From contig JAHFSP010000001.1 in the NCBI GenBank assembly GCA_023265685.1, positions 54,975 through 118,974 of the forward strand: 64,000 nucleotides of DNA, in the 5' to 3' direction. The position numbers and the translations under genes are program-made. The DNA comes from Candidatus Woesearchaeota archaeon (GTDB taxonomy: Archaea; Nanobdellota; Nanobdellia; Woesearchaeales; GW2011-AR9). The notes under the pieces were generated by a model, which saw nothing but the letters and a program-made list of their open reading frames with translations, was not told the DNA's origin and searched no databases. Shown here piece by piece: positions 19,202-27,519 of the stretch (position 1 is the stretch's first letter; every line of letters begins with the position of its first letter).

Positions 19202-19585
19202 ATGGGATACGTTCTTGACACGAGTGTTCTTATTGAGATAGAAAACGATAATAAAGCAGTTCTCGCATGGCTTTCCTCTTTAGATGAAGATGAGGCGTTT
19301 ATTACTTTTTTTAGTTACTGTGAATTTTTTTACGGATTTATGAATAAGAGTGAAATAAATCAGAAAAAAGCACAAGAACAACTTGCAAAATATCATCTTT
19401 TACTCCCAACACAAAAAACAGCACATATCTTTTGTCAATTGATCCATAATTCTAAGAAGAAAGGTATTGCTCTTGCGGAGTTTGATGGATTTATCGCTGC
19501 ACAATGTCTTGAACATAAACATATTTTACTGACGCTTGATAAGAATTTTCAAAAGATTACTGAATTGAAGGTTCAGAGTAGGTAG
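19202..19585 (+). CDS. vapC: VapC PIN-domain toxin
   Basis: YVLDTSVLIE at the N-terminus, then FDGFIAAQ and LLTLDKNF, matching the PIN acidic residues. Confidence 0.75.
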   Translation: MGYVLDTSVLIEIENDNKAVLAWLSSLDEDEAFITFFSYCEFFYGFMNKSEINQKKAQEQLAKYHLLLPTQKTAHIFCQLIHNSKKKGIALAEFDGFIAAQCLEHKHILLTLDKNFQKITELKVQSR

Positions 19586-19680
19586 GGATAAGGGTAGTAT
19601 GCGAGATAGAGAGTAGATTGAGAAAGTAATTTTGGTTTGAAAAGGTTATGAAAGAAAATTATAAAAAACTAAATCAAAAT

Positions 19681-20163
19681 CTAAAACACATGCATTTCAT
19701 GCACGGTCTTATAGGTAAACAATTCTGAGGGTCCAAACCATAATGCAACTTCAACTTTAGATTCTTCTAGAGTTCCTGAAGCATGAATTATGTTCTTAAT
19801 CGAGCGACCTTCTTTATCCGTTGCAGCGTAGGAGTGGTGAGCAAAATCGCCACGAATCGTTCCAGGAGCTGCGGATTTTGGTTCAGTTGCGCCAACCATT
19901 TTGCGTACTAGTTCGACAGCGTGAAGGCCTTCAAGAACCATGGCAATGACCGGACCTTCGGTGATCATCTTTTCAAGACCAGGGTAGAATGGTTTGCTGA
20001 CAAGAGCAGCATAATGGGTTTTTGAAAATGATGCATCGATCCATTTCATTTTCATGCCAACGATTTTAAGACCGACGTCTTCGAAGCGTTGGATGACACG
20101 ACCGCTTAGTCCACGTTGAACGCCATCGGGTTTGATGAGCACGAGGGTGCGTTCAAGCATCAT
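19681..20163 (-). CDS. ndk: Nucleoside diphosphate kinase
   Basis: ERTLVLIKPDGVQRGL and an NIIHASG-type histidine motif (NIIHASGTLEE). 160 aa. Confidence 0.9.
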   Translation of the reverse strand: MMLERTLVLIKPDGVQRGLSGRVIQRFEDVGLKIVGMKMKWIDASFSKTHYAALVSKPFYPGLEKMITEGPVIAMVLEGLHAVELVRKMVGATEPKSAAPGTIRGDFAHHSYAATDKEGRSIKNIIHASGTLEESKVEVALWFGPSELFTYKTVHEMHVF

Positions 20164-20399
20164 TATTGTTCACCTTTTTTGGCAGCTGCTGCACTTTTGG
20201 TCGTTGCAGTTTTTCGTTTCTCTGCGGCAAATGAATTTGTCCAGCGAGTAGTACGAGGGTTGCGACCAAGTTTAATATAATTTTTTTTGGCTTTGGAGTC
20301 TTTGAAATACACGACACGGCCGTCTGCAAAAACATACATAAGGCCAGTACCGGGTTTGATTTCCTCTCCCGAAAATGTGCATTTGGGCATAGTAATCAC
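20163..20399 (-). CDS. rpl24e: Ribosomal protein L24e
   Basis: MPKCTFSGEEIKPGTGLMYVFADGRVVYFKDSKAKK is a typical L24e zinc-ribbon N-terminus. Overlaps ndk by 1 nt. Confidence 0.85.
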   Translation of the reverse strand: MITMPKCTFSGEEIKPGTGLMYVFADGRVVYFKDSKAKKNYIKLGRNPRTTRWTNSFAAEKRKTATTKSAAAAKKGEQ

Positions 20400-20411
20400 C
20401 TATAATTTTGT

Positions 20412-20756
20412 TTATTTACGGCCGCTACTACTGCCGCTACTACCACTATTGCTATTTCCGCCACGTCGTCCACCACCAAGGCGTTGAGCTTCAATCTCAG
20501 TTTCAAGAAGCATTAAAATATCTCCCACTTGAACTGGACCTTTAACATTACGTCGAATAGCTTTGTTTTTATCACGGCCATCAAGAATTTGGCACATGAC
20601 TTGAGTCAGTTCACCGCGACTTCCCGCTCGAGCAACAATCTCTTTAACTTCGGAGGGAATACCATCAGTAAATTTTATTTCACCTTCACTTTTCTGTTCA
20701 GCGGCTTGTTGTTCGCCACCAGCAGGTGAGGCTGATCTTTTTTGAGGAGCTGCCAT
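20412..20756 (-). CDS. rps28e: Ribosomal protein S28e, with N-terminal extension and Gly/Ser/Arg-rich C-terminal tail
   Basis: Core [45 protein letters not shown] matches S28e. The tail [21 protein letters not shown] is atypical. Confidence 0.8.
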   Translation of the reverse strand: MAAPQKRSASPAGGEQQAAEQKSEGEIKFTDGIPSEVKEIVARAGSRGELTQVMCQILDGRDKNKAIRRNVKGPVQVGDILMLLETEIEAQRLGGGRRGGNSNSGSSGSSSGRK

Positions 20757-20767
20757 GGGTTCTTCAC

Positions 20768-21085
20768 CTATGCACGAGCAAGAGCTTCAATTGCGGCTTT
20801 TGCTTCGCCTTCTTTGACAATAGCAACAGCAGTTGTTCCAACAGCAAGTCCAGCAGCTGCACCAAGATCTTCTTTTCTACTTACTTGAATACAGGTAATG
20901 CGTTTTTCTTTGCAAAGAAGAGGAAGATGCATCACAACTTCTTTAGGACTAACATCGCCAGCATAAACAACAAGTTTCGCTTCGCCTTTCTCGATAGCTT
21001 TTGTTACTTCGTTTGCTCCCTTACGGATTTTTCCGGATGTACGAGCAACTTCAATAGTTTCTAAGACTTTAGCTTCATTGGTCAT
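20768..21085 (-). CDS. rpl7ae: Ribosomal protein L7Ae (K-turn binding)
   Basis: [48 protein letters not shown] is the canonical L7Ae motif. Confidence 0.85.
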   Translation of the reverse strand: MTNEAKVLETIEVARTSGKIRKGANEVTKAIEKGEAKLVVYAGDVSPKEVVMHLPLLCKEKRITCIQVSRKEDLGAAAGLAVGTTAVAIVKEGEAKAAIEALARA

Positions 21086-21201
21086 GATAATCTACCTCGG
21101 TTGGTTTAATTTTTTTATTTAGTTATACAGGCAAGAAGAATCTTACCTCATTGGCCTTTTCCTTGCCAATTCACTGGTATTTTGTTAAATCAAGAGGTGT
21201 T

Positions 21202-21675
21202 TTATAAAGCTTTGTGCGGTTTATGTAGTAAGAATTGATCGATGATTGAATTTTGGTTAAACGCGAGTGGGGTGTGTTCTAGTTCTTGTTTTGTCACCCA
21301 TTTCCATTCTGATACGTAACGAGGATCCATAACAGGTGTGCCTTTGATTGTTCCATGAAAATAGAAGACAAGAGAAGGAACGCGAATTGTTTCATATTGG
21401 TAACACAAAAAAGTAGGTTCAAATTGACATTTAATGTCAGCAACTACTTCTTCTTTAACTGCTTGGATGGGGTCTGGTGTTTTTTTAAATGCACCACATC
21501 CACCGATGAACGCCCACTCTTCTTTAAATGGTTCTCGACCTCGCCGAATGAGGAGAAATTTATCTTCATGCGTGATGATGGCAACAGTAACTAAACGTGG
21601 TTGATCCATAAACAGAAGATAGTGAGCGAGTTTTAATAATTTATGTGGCTCAGAGAAGAGAGAGGTAATTACCAA
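21202..21675 (-). CDS. Nudix hydrolase
   Basis: Nudix-box-like segment LLIRRGREPFKEEWAFIGGCGAFKKTPDPIQAVKEEV. Probable internal start near 21609. Confidence 0.55.
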   Translation of the reverse strand: MVITSLFSEPHKLLKLAHYLLFMDQPRLVTVAIITHEDKFLLIRRGREPFKEEWAFIGGCGAFKKTPDPIQAVKEEVVADIKCQFEPTFLCYQYETIRVPSLVFYFHGTIKGTPVMDPRYVSEWKWVTKQELEHTPLAFNQNSIIDQFLLHKPHKAL

Positions 21676-21746
21676 GATCTAAAATTACCGAAACCTAAAA
21701 TTAAAAAATGAGGGAAAAGAAAAATTAAAAAAAAACAGTCAAAAAT

Positions 21747-22148
21747 CTAACTGCACCAAGCATACGGATGAACAATACCATCAGGTTGATTACACTTAGT
21801 AGGGCAGGTTACGTCATACAAATCAAGGAATGTTCCTCGAATGTGTTTGGAGCGTCCCCACCATGAATGAGTTACAGAACAACCGCCCTCTTGAAGAATT
21901 TTGGTATTAAGACATTTATCACCATAGGTAAACATCTTGCCATTCACGGTAGTCCCTTTTACGAAGCCAGAGATTGTTGATTGTTTTACTACGTCTCCTT
22001 GAGCGTCGGTGGTTTGCACATCACTGTCCTGACAGACTCTTGCGCCACTATGCAACGGATGTATAAACGTTGTTGCTGGAAGGGGAGCTGCTAGAACAAG
22101 TGAACTAACTATTACTACTATTACTATTGCTATAAAAATATGTTTCAT
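21747..22148 (-). CDS. Small secreted Cys-rich protein (paralog A of a tandem pair, ends ...AWCS)
   Basis: Signal peptide MKHIFIAIVIVVIVSSLVLA and 8 Cys. Shares GFVKG...KC...C...C...AWCS with the ORF at 22332..22730. ORF-track start 22208 is probably too far upstream. Confidence 0.6.
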   Translation of the reverse strand: MKHIFIAIVIVVIVSSLVLAAPLPATTFIHPLHSGARVCQDSDVQTTDAQGDVVKQSTISGFVKGTTVNGKMFTYGDKCLNTKILQEGGCSVTHSWWGRSKHIRGTFLDLYDVTCPTKCNQPDGIVHPYAWCS

Positions 22149-22331
22149 TGTATCTTCCTCCTTTATGTTTAGAAAAAGGTAGTTAGTTATAAAGATAATT
22201 ATTCTCAAGAAGACTCAAGAAGAAGTTTTAGCTGTGATCTGAAGAAGGATGAGGGAAAGAGGGGTAAGAAGAATGGTGAGAGAAAACAGCTTACAAAATG
22301 AAAAAAGAGAAGAAGAAAAAGTAATCAAAAT

Positions 22332-22730
22332 TTAACTGCACCAGGCTGAAAAATGCGTTGCGTCAGCAGCATTACAGCTATGGGTACAAGACACTCGATA
22401 AATTTGAACGAAGTTGCCAATATGTGTTCCTGCGCCGCTTGCACAAACTCCTTCTTCAAGGACTTTGCCACCAACACATTTGTCATCATATTGAAATGGA
22501 CGACCAATCATATCTTTTCCTTTAACAAAACCGGGAACCATGGCTTGTTGTCCGATATCCCCTCTAAATTGGCGTTGTTCAATACCAGATCTAGTTTTCA
22601 CTTGTAGAAAATCTTTATTTTCACAACTTTTCACTGCAGTGTGAGTTTTGCGGGTCCATGAAACGGCCATTGCACTTGATGTGATGATCGCAAGAACCAA
22701 CATGAACACAATTATTTTTTTTAGAATCAT
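22332..22730 (-). CDS. Small secreted Cys-rich protein (paralog B)
   Basis: Signal peptide MILKKIIVFMLVLAIITSSAMA. Conserved Cys framework and C-terminal SAWCS shared with 21747..22148. Confidence 0.6.
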   Translation of the reverse strand: MILKKIIVFMLVLAIITSSAMAVSWTRKTHTAVKSCENKDFLQVKTRSGIEQRQFRGDIGQQAMVPGFVKGKDMIGRPFQYDDKCVGGKVLEEGVCASGAGTHIGNFVQIYRVSCTHSCNAADATHFSAWCS

Positions 22731-22788
22731 TGTTTCACCTCATTTTTAGTTGATTTAAGAAAGATCTTTTTCCTATTTAAACTTTTGT

Positions 22789-23460
22789 TTGGTAGAAATT
22801 GGTTGTTTGGGAGATCATCGATCCAAAGATTTATGTAGATTTAGAGATCCTATGTTATCGATGGCAAAAGATAAAGTGTTGTTTATTGATCTGTCTGAGA
22901 AGAAAACAAAATCTATTGCAGAAGCGATTACCTCTGAAACATCTCGTAAAGTGATGGATCATTTGGCACAGGGTTCAGATACAGAGCAAAAAATTTCCGG
23001 ATCGCTGAACTTACCGATTTCTACGGTTCATTACCATTTACAGAAATTAATGGACGTTGGGTTAGTGAAAACAAATGAATTTCATTATTCTGCCAAAGGT
23101 CGAGAGGTGAACCATTACACCCTTGCAAGCCAATATATTATCATTGCACCATCTCGGGATACTAACTTTAAAGATAAGTTGAAAGCATTGTTGCCGGTTT
23201 GTGGTGTGGTGGTAGGAGTTGCGGCGATATTAAAAATCATTGAGATTTCTTCTTCATCAGCTTTAGAGGTTGCAACAAAAATGACGGGCGTAACTCAAAA
23301 TGTAATGTTGGCCGATGCACCTCAATTGATGGCAGAAACTGCGCCAGTTATCCTAGCCCCAAGTATTGATTTCTCATTGTGGTTTTTGTTAGGTGGAATT
23401 TGTGCGATTTTGGTGTATCTTTTTGTGGTTTTTGTACAGGAGAAAATCAAGAAAAAATAA
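22789..23460 (+). CDS. ArsR-like winged-HTH transcriptional regulator with C-terminal TM segments
   Basis: HTH region ISGSLNLPISTVHYHLQKLMDVGLV. Hydrophobic C-terminus. Start is probably an internal Met (~22852). Confidence 0.5.
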   Translation: MVEIGCLGDHRSKDLCRFRDPMLSMAKDKVLFIDLSEKKTKSIAEAITSETSRKVMDHLAQGSDTEQKISGSLNLPISTVHYHLQKLMDVGLVKTNEFHYSAKGREVNHYTLASQYIIIAPSRDTNFKDKLKALLPVCGVVVGVAAILKIIEISSSSALEVATKMTGVTQNVMLADAPQLMAETAPVILAPSIDFSLWFLLGGICAILVYLFVVFVQEKIKKK

Positions 23461-23521
23461 CTTTGAATGAAATTGAAGCTTACTTGAGAATATATAAACC
23501 AGTGGGTCTTTACAAAAAGAG

Positions 23522-24304
23522 GTGATCAACATGAATGATAAAATAGTAGGCTTAATTGGTATTGGTATTTGTGCCATTCTTTTATTTGGTGTGTTTATGG
23601 CAGTCAATAAGCAACCGGCTCTTTCGGGAGTTAATTCTGCTCCTGGAGGAGAACAACGACTTAATACTGTTAGTGTAACCGGAAGTGCAGAAGAAAAGGT
23701 AGCACCCGATCAGGCAGTGTTACGGTTGAGTGTCATGAGCGAAAATCCCACGGCAAAGAATGCAGAAGAAATTAATTCACGAGCAATTGATACAGTGATG
23801 AAGGCTCTTAAAGAGAAAGGTATAAGCGAGAAAAATATTGTGACTGAGTATTACAATTTGTATCCCTATCAAGATTATAACCCCAAAATGGGAACGATGG
23901 AAAACAAAGGTTTTCGTGCCCAACATACTTTGCGAGTCACTGTCCATGATGTTGCAAAAGCAGGAGAAATATTGGATGCGGCAATTAATGCTGGCGTAAC
24001 CAATGTTGATTCGGTTTCGTTTAGTTTGTCTGATGATAAAGAGAAAGTACTTCGTGAACAACTTGTTGGACAGGCAGCCGCGAAAGCACGTGAACGAGCA
24101 ACGTTGCTGGTTGAAGCACTGGGAGAAAAAGTAGGTAAAGTCGTGAGTGTGAACGAAGCGGGATATGCCTCTCCCATTTACTACGCACGTGACACGATGG
24201 CTCTGAAAGCTGAGGCTGCTGGCGCACCTAATGCGATTCCTGATCTTAATCCTGATGATGTGACGGTATCAGTGCAGATTAATGTCGAATTCGCGATTGA
24301 GTAG
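23522..24304 (+). CDS. SIMPL/DUF541 family protein (periplasmic immunogenic protein-like)
   Basis: N-terminal TM/signal followed by a SIMPL-like core (VTGSAEEKVAPDQAVLRLSV...). 260 aa. Confidence 0.5.
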   Translation: MINMNDKIVGLIGIGICAILLFGVFMAVNKQPALSGVNSAPGGEQRLNTVSVTGSAEEKVAPDQAVLRLSVMSENPTAKNAEEINSRAIDTVMKALKEKGISEKNIVTEYYNLYPYQDYNPKMGTMENKGFRAQHTLRVTVHDVAKAGEILDAAINAGVTNVDSVSFSLSDDKEKVLREQLVGQAAAKARERATLLVEALGEKVGKVVSVNEAGYASPIYYARDTMALKAEAAGAPNAIPDLNPDDVTVSVQINVEFAIE

Positions 24305-24349
24305 GTTTGAAGAGAATTACTGTTTGAAGAAGGTTATTTTTATTCCCTT

Positions 24350-24905
24350 TGTGGGTCTAATACCCCGCAGCTTGCTGCGGTATCTTTAAAGCTCCCCACT
24401 CATTTTTTCTTTTATGCAAGTCCGTCACGCTAGTCATTGTACTTATCGTATTCGCTATCACATTGTTCTCGTCATAAAATATAGAAAGAATCTTCTCACT
24501 TCAGAAGTCTTTGACTTTCTGAAGTTCATTTGTAGAGGTATAGAACAACGGTATTACCTTTACTTTGATGCCATCGGAAGCGATGGCGATCATCTTCATA
24601 TAGTTGTTGAAGGAGCACCCCGTTATGCTCCTTCACGAATACTCCAAATTTGTAAAAGTATTCTTGCCATTCAAATTTTCAAGCAATTTCCAGAATTAAA
24701 AGAGGAACTCTGGGGTGGCGAATTCTGGAGTGATGGTGGACACATTGACACAGTTGGAGACGGGCATGGTTTAGAAGCAGTGAAAAAATATGTGAAGAAT
24801 CAGGGAGGAGATCCAGCTCAACTATCTCTTTATCAATTTGCCGAGGCGTAATACCCCGCAGCTTGCTGCGAAGCGACCGTAGGAAGCGGTGGGATAGCCT
24901 CGGCC
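24350..24905 (+). mobile_element. IS200/IS605-family insertion sequence (TnpA only) with subterminal hairpins
   Basis: A Y1/HUH transposase ORF is flanked by near-identical palindromic motifs taataccccgcagcttgctgcg at 24355-24376 and 24849-24870. A larger right-end stem (gccgaggcg...cgcctcggc, 24841-24901) is also present. Confidence 0.7.
24414..24851 (+). CDS. tnpA: IS200-type transposase TnpA (HUH Y1 transposase)
   Basis: YRIRYHIVLVIKYRKNLL, HUH motif DHLHIVVE, and C-terminal WGGEFWSDGGHIDTVG, all matching IS200 TnpA. Confidence 0.85.
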   Translation: MQVRHASHCTYRIRYHIVLVIKYRKNLLTSEVFDFLKFICRGIEQRYYLYFDAIGSDGDHLHIVVEGAPRYAPSRILQICKSILAIQIFKQFPELKEELWGGEFWSDGGHIDTVGDGHGLEAVKKYVKNQGGDPAQLSLYQFAEA

Positions 24906-24949
24906 AAGAATAGGTTTATTTTTTACGTTTTTCTAAAATTATCTAGATT

Positions 24950-25636
24950 CTATTTTTTTCCTAGATTTATATCTGGGGTAAGGGGGGTCGTGACTGTGTA
25001 GATAACATCAGGGTTGTCGAAACGTAAGCAGACCAATTCACCTGTGCAAGTGTTTCGATCTTCAGACCTTAATTTTCCATTATCAATAAAGTCAATATTT
25101 TCAACTTTTTCTGAGGAATCGAATGTAGTAATATTGCCAGATACTATTACCTCTTCATTATCGATGTTTCCTGATGTTAATGTTTTTTTAGCTCCATCTC
25201 CTGATAGGTAAAAATCTAATCTGATCTCAGATGCTCTTTCGTCGGAATAAGATATTTTTCTCTTTTCACGTATGGAATTATTGGGATTGTAAGTGGTGGT
25301 GGTTACATCCTTGCTTTTATCTTTTTGGTCTGAGAAAAAAGTTGTTCTTTTAATCTCTCTTTTAAGATCATCGTATTCGATATTAATTATATAAGGGCGA
25401 CCCCCTGCATTTGAGCAATAATTACCAATCTCAGTTTCAATCTGAGAACGAATTGTTCTTCCATCTAAAACACTATCTTTTCTTTTTTTAATACACCGAT
25501 GACGCAATTCTTCTCCCCCATCGTAATGTTCTTGTACACGAGTTTCTAATACGGGAGTTACGACAGTAGGTTTAACTTGTGATGCAGTCGTGCAACTTGT
25601 TACATACAATAATCCCAGTAGAGGTAAGTATCTCAT
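24950..25636 (-). CDS. Lipoprotein-like secreted protein
   Basis: MRYLPLLGLLYVTSC signal/lipobox-like N-terminus. No domain recognised. Confidence 0.5.
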   Translation of the reverse strand: MRYLPLLGLLYVTSCTTASQVKPTVVTPVLETRVQEHYDGGEELRHRCIKKRKDSVLDGRTIRSQIETEIGNYCSNAGGRPYIINIEYDDLKREIKRTTFFSDQKDKSKDVTTTTYNPNNSIREKRKISYSDERASEIRLDFYLSGDGAKKTLTSGNIDNEEVIVSGNITTFDSSEKVENIDFIDNGKLRSEDRNTCTGELVCLRFDNPDVIYTVTTPLTPDINLGKK

Positions 25637-25762
25637 AGTAAAGCTAAATTAGAGAGATCTATTTAAATCTTTCTTATGTTGTCACTATTAAGTTACTAAC
25701 TTATCGTAAGTTTTATAAATAGGGTTGTATTTTAAGCTCTATCTGAAAGGAGGATAATAACA

Positions 25763-26089
25763 ATGACTCAAGAATTTTCAACTCGAAACAAAGTAGCAGT
25801 ATCATTTTCCCGTGCAAAGGATGACATGGTTAATCTCTATGATCATGTCAAGTTTTTGTATCAACAAATCGCTCTCTTACAAAAAGAGTGTGACCGCTTA
25901 CGTTTTATGGTAGGCCATACTAAAGCACCTGCCGACAAGATTCTCGTTGCTTCAGCAAGAGGTAAACGAGTTCACGTTTCTACTTGTCCGTTTATGAAAA
26001 ATGTCAAACGTTCAAGCCGGGTAGTGTTTGTGAGCCTTGATCAAGCTAATTTGAAGGGGTATAAGAATTGCTCGTGTGTGAAAGGATAG
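25763..26089 (+). CDS. Hypothetical small protein with C-terminal Cys cluster
   Basis: 108 aa. C-terminal segment VHVSTCPFMK...KNCSCVKG. Unknown function. Confidence 0.4.
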   Translation: MTQEFSTRNKVAVSFSRAKDDMVNLYDHVKFLYQQIALLQKECDRLRFMVGHTKAPADKILVASARGKRVHVSTCPFMKNVKRSSRVVFVSLDQANLKGYKNCSCVKG

Positions 26090-26093
26090 AAGA

Positions 26094-26717
26094 ATGAACT
26101 TTAATCTAGCTCAATTTTTAGAAACACCTAAATTAAAATATGAATTTCTCCGTCTTGCTCTTGATGGAAGTAGTAGAGATAGAATTTGTTTACAAAATGA
26201 TTTTGACAACTCTTTCGTTTGCTATAATCCTGAAAATGCATGTGCAGCAGATAGAATAATCATGAGTTCTTATCCACTTTTTCATTATCCTTTTGCTTTT
26301 ATGCACACACCACGCTGTGCTGAAACTGATTTTAATGTTGCTGATTTTTTAAATCTTACAAGTTATGAGGAAGATACTCAAGAAAATCTTGGTTTTAAGT
26401 TTGCTCCTTTAGGAGTTGTAGTACGAGAGGCAAGAGATGTGAAAGTTGGAATGAAAGATCACTTACCATTGTTAGTTATTTCATTATATCGTTCTTCAAG
26501 AGACAATCCACTTGATCCAGAACTGATTTGCGATTTACTTCAGGATAAGATTAATGTTCCACCTTCTTATGTTCTGAAGTCGTTGACGCGAGTACACGTT
26601 GTATATGATTTAATTACAAAACGTTTCTCGGGTAATGCTTTTTACACTCCTGCTGGGGCACATAGCAGTGTTCAGTATCCAGCAACGTTTAGAGATGTTT
26701 GTGAGAGAATGAAGTAG
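26094..26717 (+). CDS. Hypothetical protein; its 3' end is duplicated downstream of the TA cassette
   Basis: 207-aa ORF. The last ~80 nt plus ~35 nt of 3' flank recur at 27240..27365. Confidence 0.5.
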   Translation: MNFNLAQFLETPKLKYEFLRLALDGSSRDRICLQNDFDNSFVCYNPENACAADRIIMSSYPLFHYPFAFMHTPRCAETDFNVADFLNLTSYEEDTQENLGFKFAPLGVVVREARDVKVGMKDHLPLLVISLYRSSRDNPLDPELICDLLQDKINVPPSYVLKSLTRVHVVYDLITKRFSGNAFYTPAGAHSSVQYPATFRDVCERMK

Positions 26718-26750
26718 AGGGAGATTAATTTTTTTGAGGTTTGATGAGTT
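26636..26750 (+). repeat. Direct repeat, left copy (3' end of gene 26094..26717 plus flank)
   Basis: About 80% identical to 27240..27365. The two copies bracket the RelE/antitoxin pair. Confidence 0.65.
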
Positions 26751-26777
26751 TTAGTTACAAGATAAGATATAATTTTG

Positions 26778-27032
26778 CTAATAGACTCTTTCTCTGTTAT
26801 CAACTTTTACAACAACAATTCTTTTTTCTTCATGATTAACTCTGTAAAGAGCCCGATAATCGCCTATTCTAATCCTAAATGTTGGTTCACTATAACCCTG
26901 AACTCTCTTTGAATCATGTGGAACCGGATTAAGAGCTAATTCCCCTAGTTTGTTAACAATCCTATCAAAAAGAATCTTTTCACATTTCTTAAGAAACTTA
27001 TCGGCCTGTTTATCAAGCGTTACTTCGAACAT
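26778..27032 (-). CDS. relE: RelE/ParE-superfamily toxin (mRNA interferase)
   Basis: C-terminal RIRIGDYRALYRVNHEEKRIVVVKVDNRERVY is a classic RelE motif. 84 aa. Overlaps the upstream antitoxin ORF by 20 nt. Confidence 0.8.
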   Translation of the reverse strand: MFEVTLDKQADKFLKKCEKILFDRIVNKLGELALNPVPHDSKRVQGYSEPTFRIRIGDYRALYRVNHEEKRIVVVKVDNRERVY

Positions 27033-27213
27033 TCTTAAGTTCCTCTAAAGAAATCAGTTTTCCAGCTTTCTCGTTTACAATACTCTCATCAATAAGTTTT
27101 TTTTCTTCTGCTGTGAGGATCGTATCTACATCTATCATGTGGGCTTTAATGTAATGAAGTTCATCCTTGATGTTCTTGAGTTCATCCATGATTAGTTCAG
27201 TTTCTGTTGCCAT
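27013..27213 (-). CDS. Putative antitoxin of the RelE pair
   Basis: 66-aa acidic helical protein immediately upstream of and overlapping relE. Confidence 0.5.
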   Translation of the reverse strand: MATETELIMDELKNIKDELHYIKAHMIDVDTILTAEEKKLIDESIVNEKAGKLISLEELKNVRSNA

Positions 27214-27239
27214 ATTTCACTGTAAGTAGAGGTAATTTA

Positions 27240-27365
27240 TATGGTTTTTGGCTATTTTCTCCTGCTGGAGCACATAGTAATATTCAATATCCAGCGACAT
27301 TTAGAAATGTTTGTGAAAGAGTAAAGTAGAAAAGAGGGTGAGTTATTTCTGAGGTTTTGAGTTGT
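27240..27365 (+). repeat. Direct repeat, right copy (degenerate copy of 26636..26750)
   Basis: Contains ...tcctgctggagcacatagtaatattcaatatccagcgacatttagaaatgtttgtgaaagagtaaagtag, matching the C-terminal coding sequence and stop of gene 26094..26717. Confidence 0.65.
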
Positions 27366-27519
27366 TATGATTGCTCACTGTTTTCACAGCGTCTCAAGGT
27401 AGTTGTAGAATAATGGAAGAGGATAAATTATTTTTTGAGTATTGGAAAGTAGGGGAAAATGTTGCGCGCGAGAATCTGAAGAGTTGTCCACTTTTTTGAC
27501 AGGCTTCGCCTGTGGCGCT

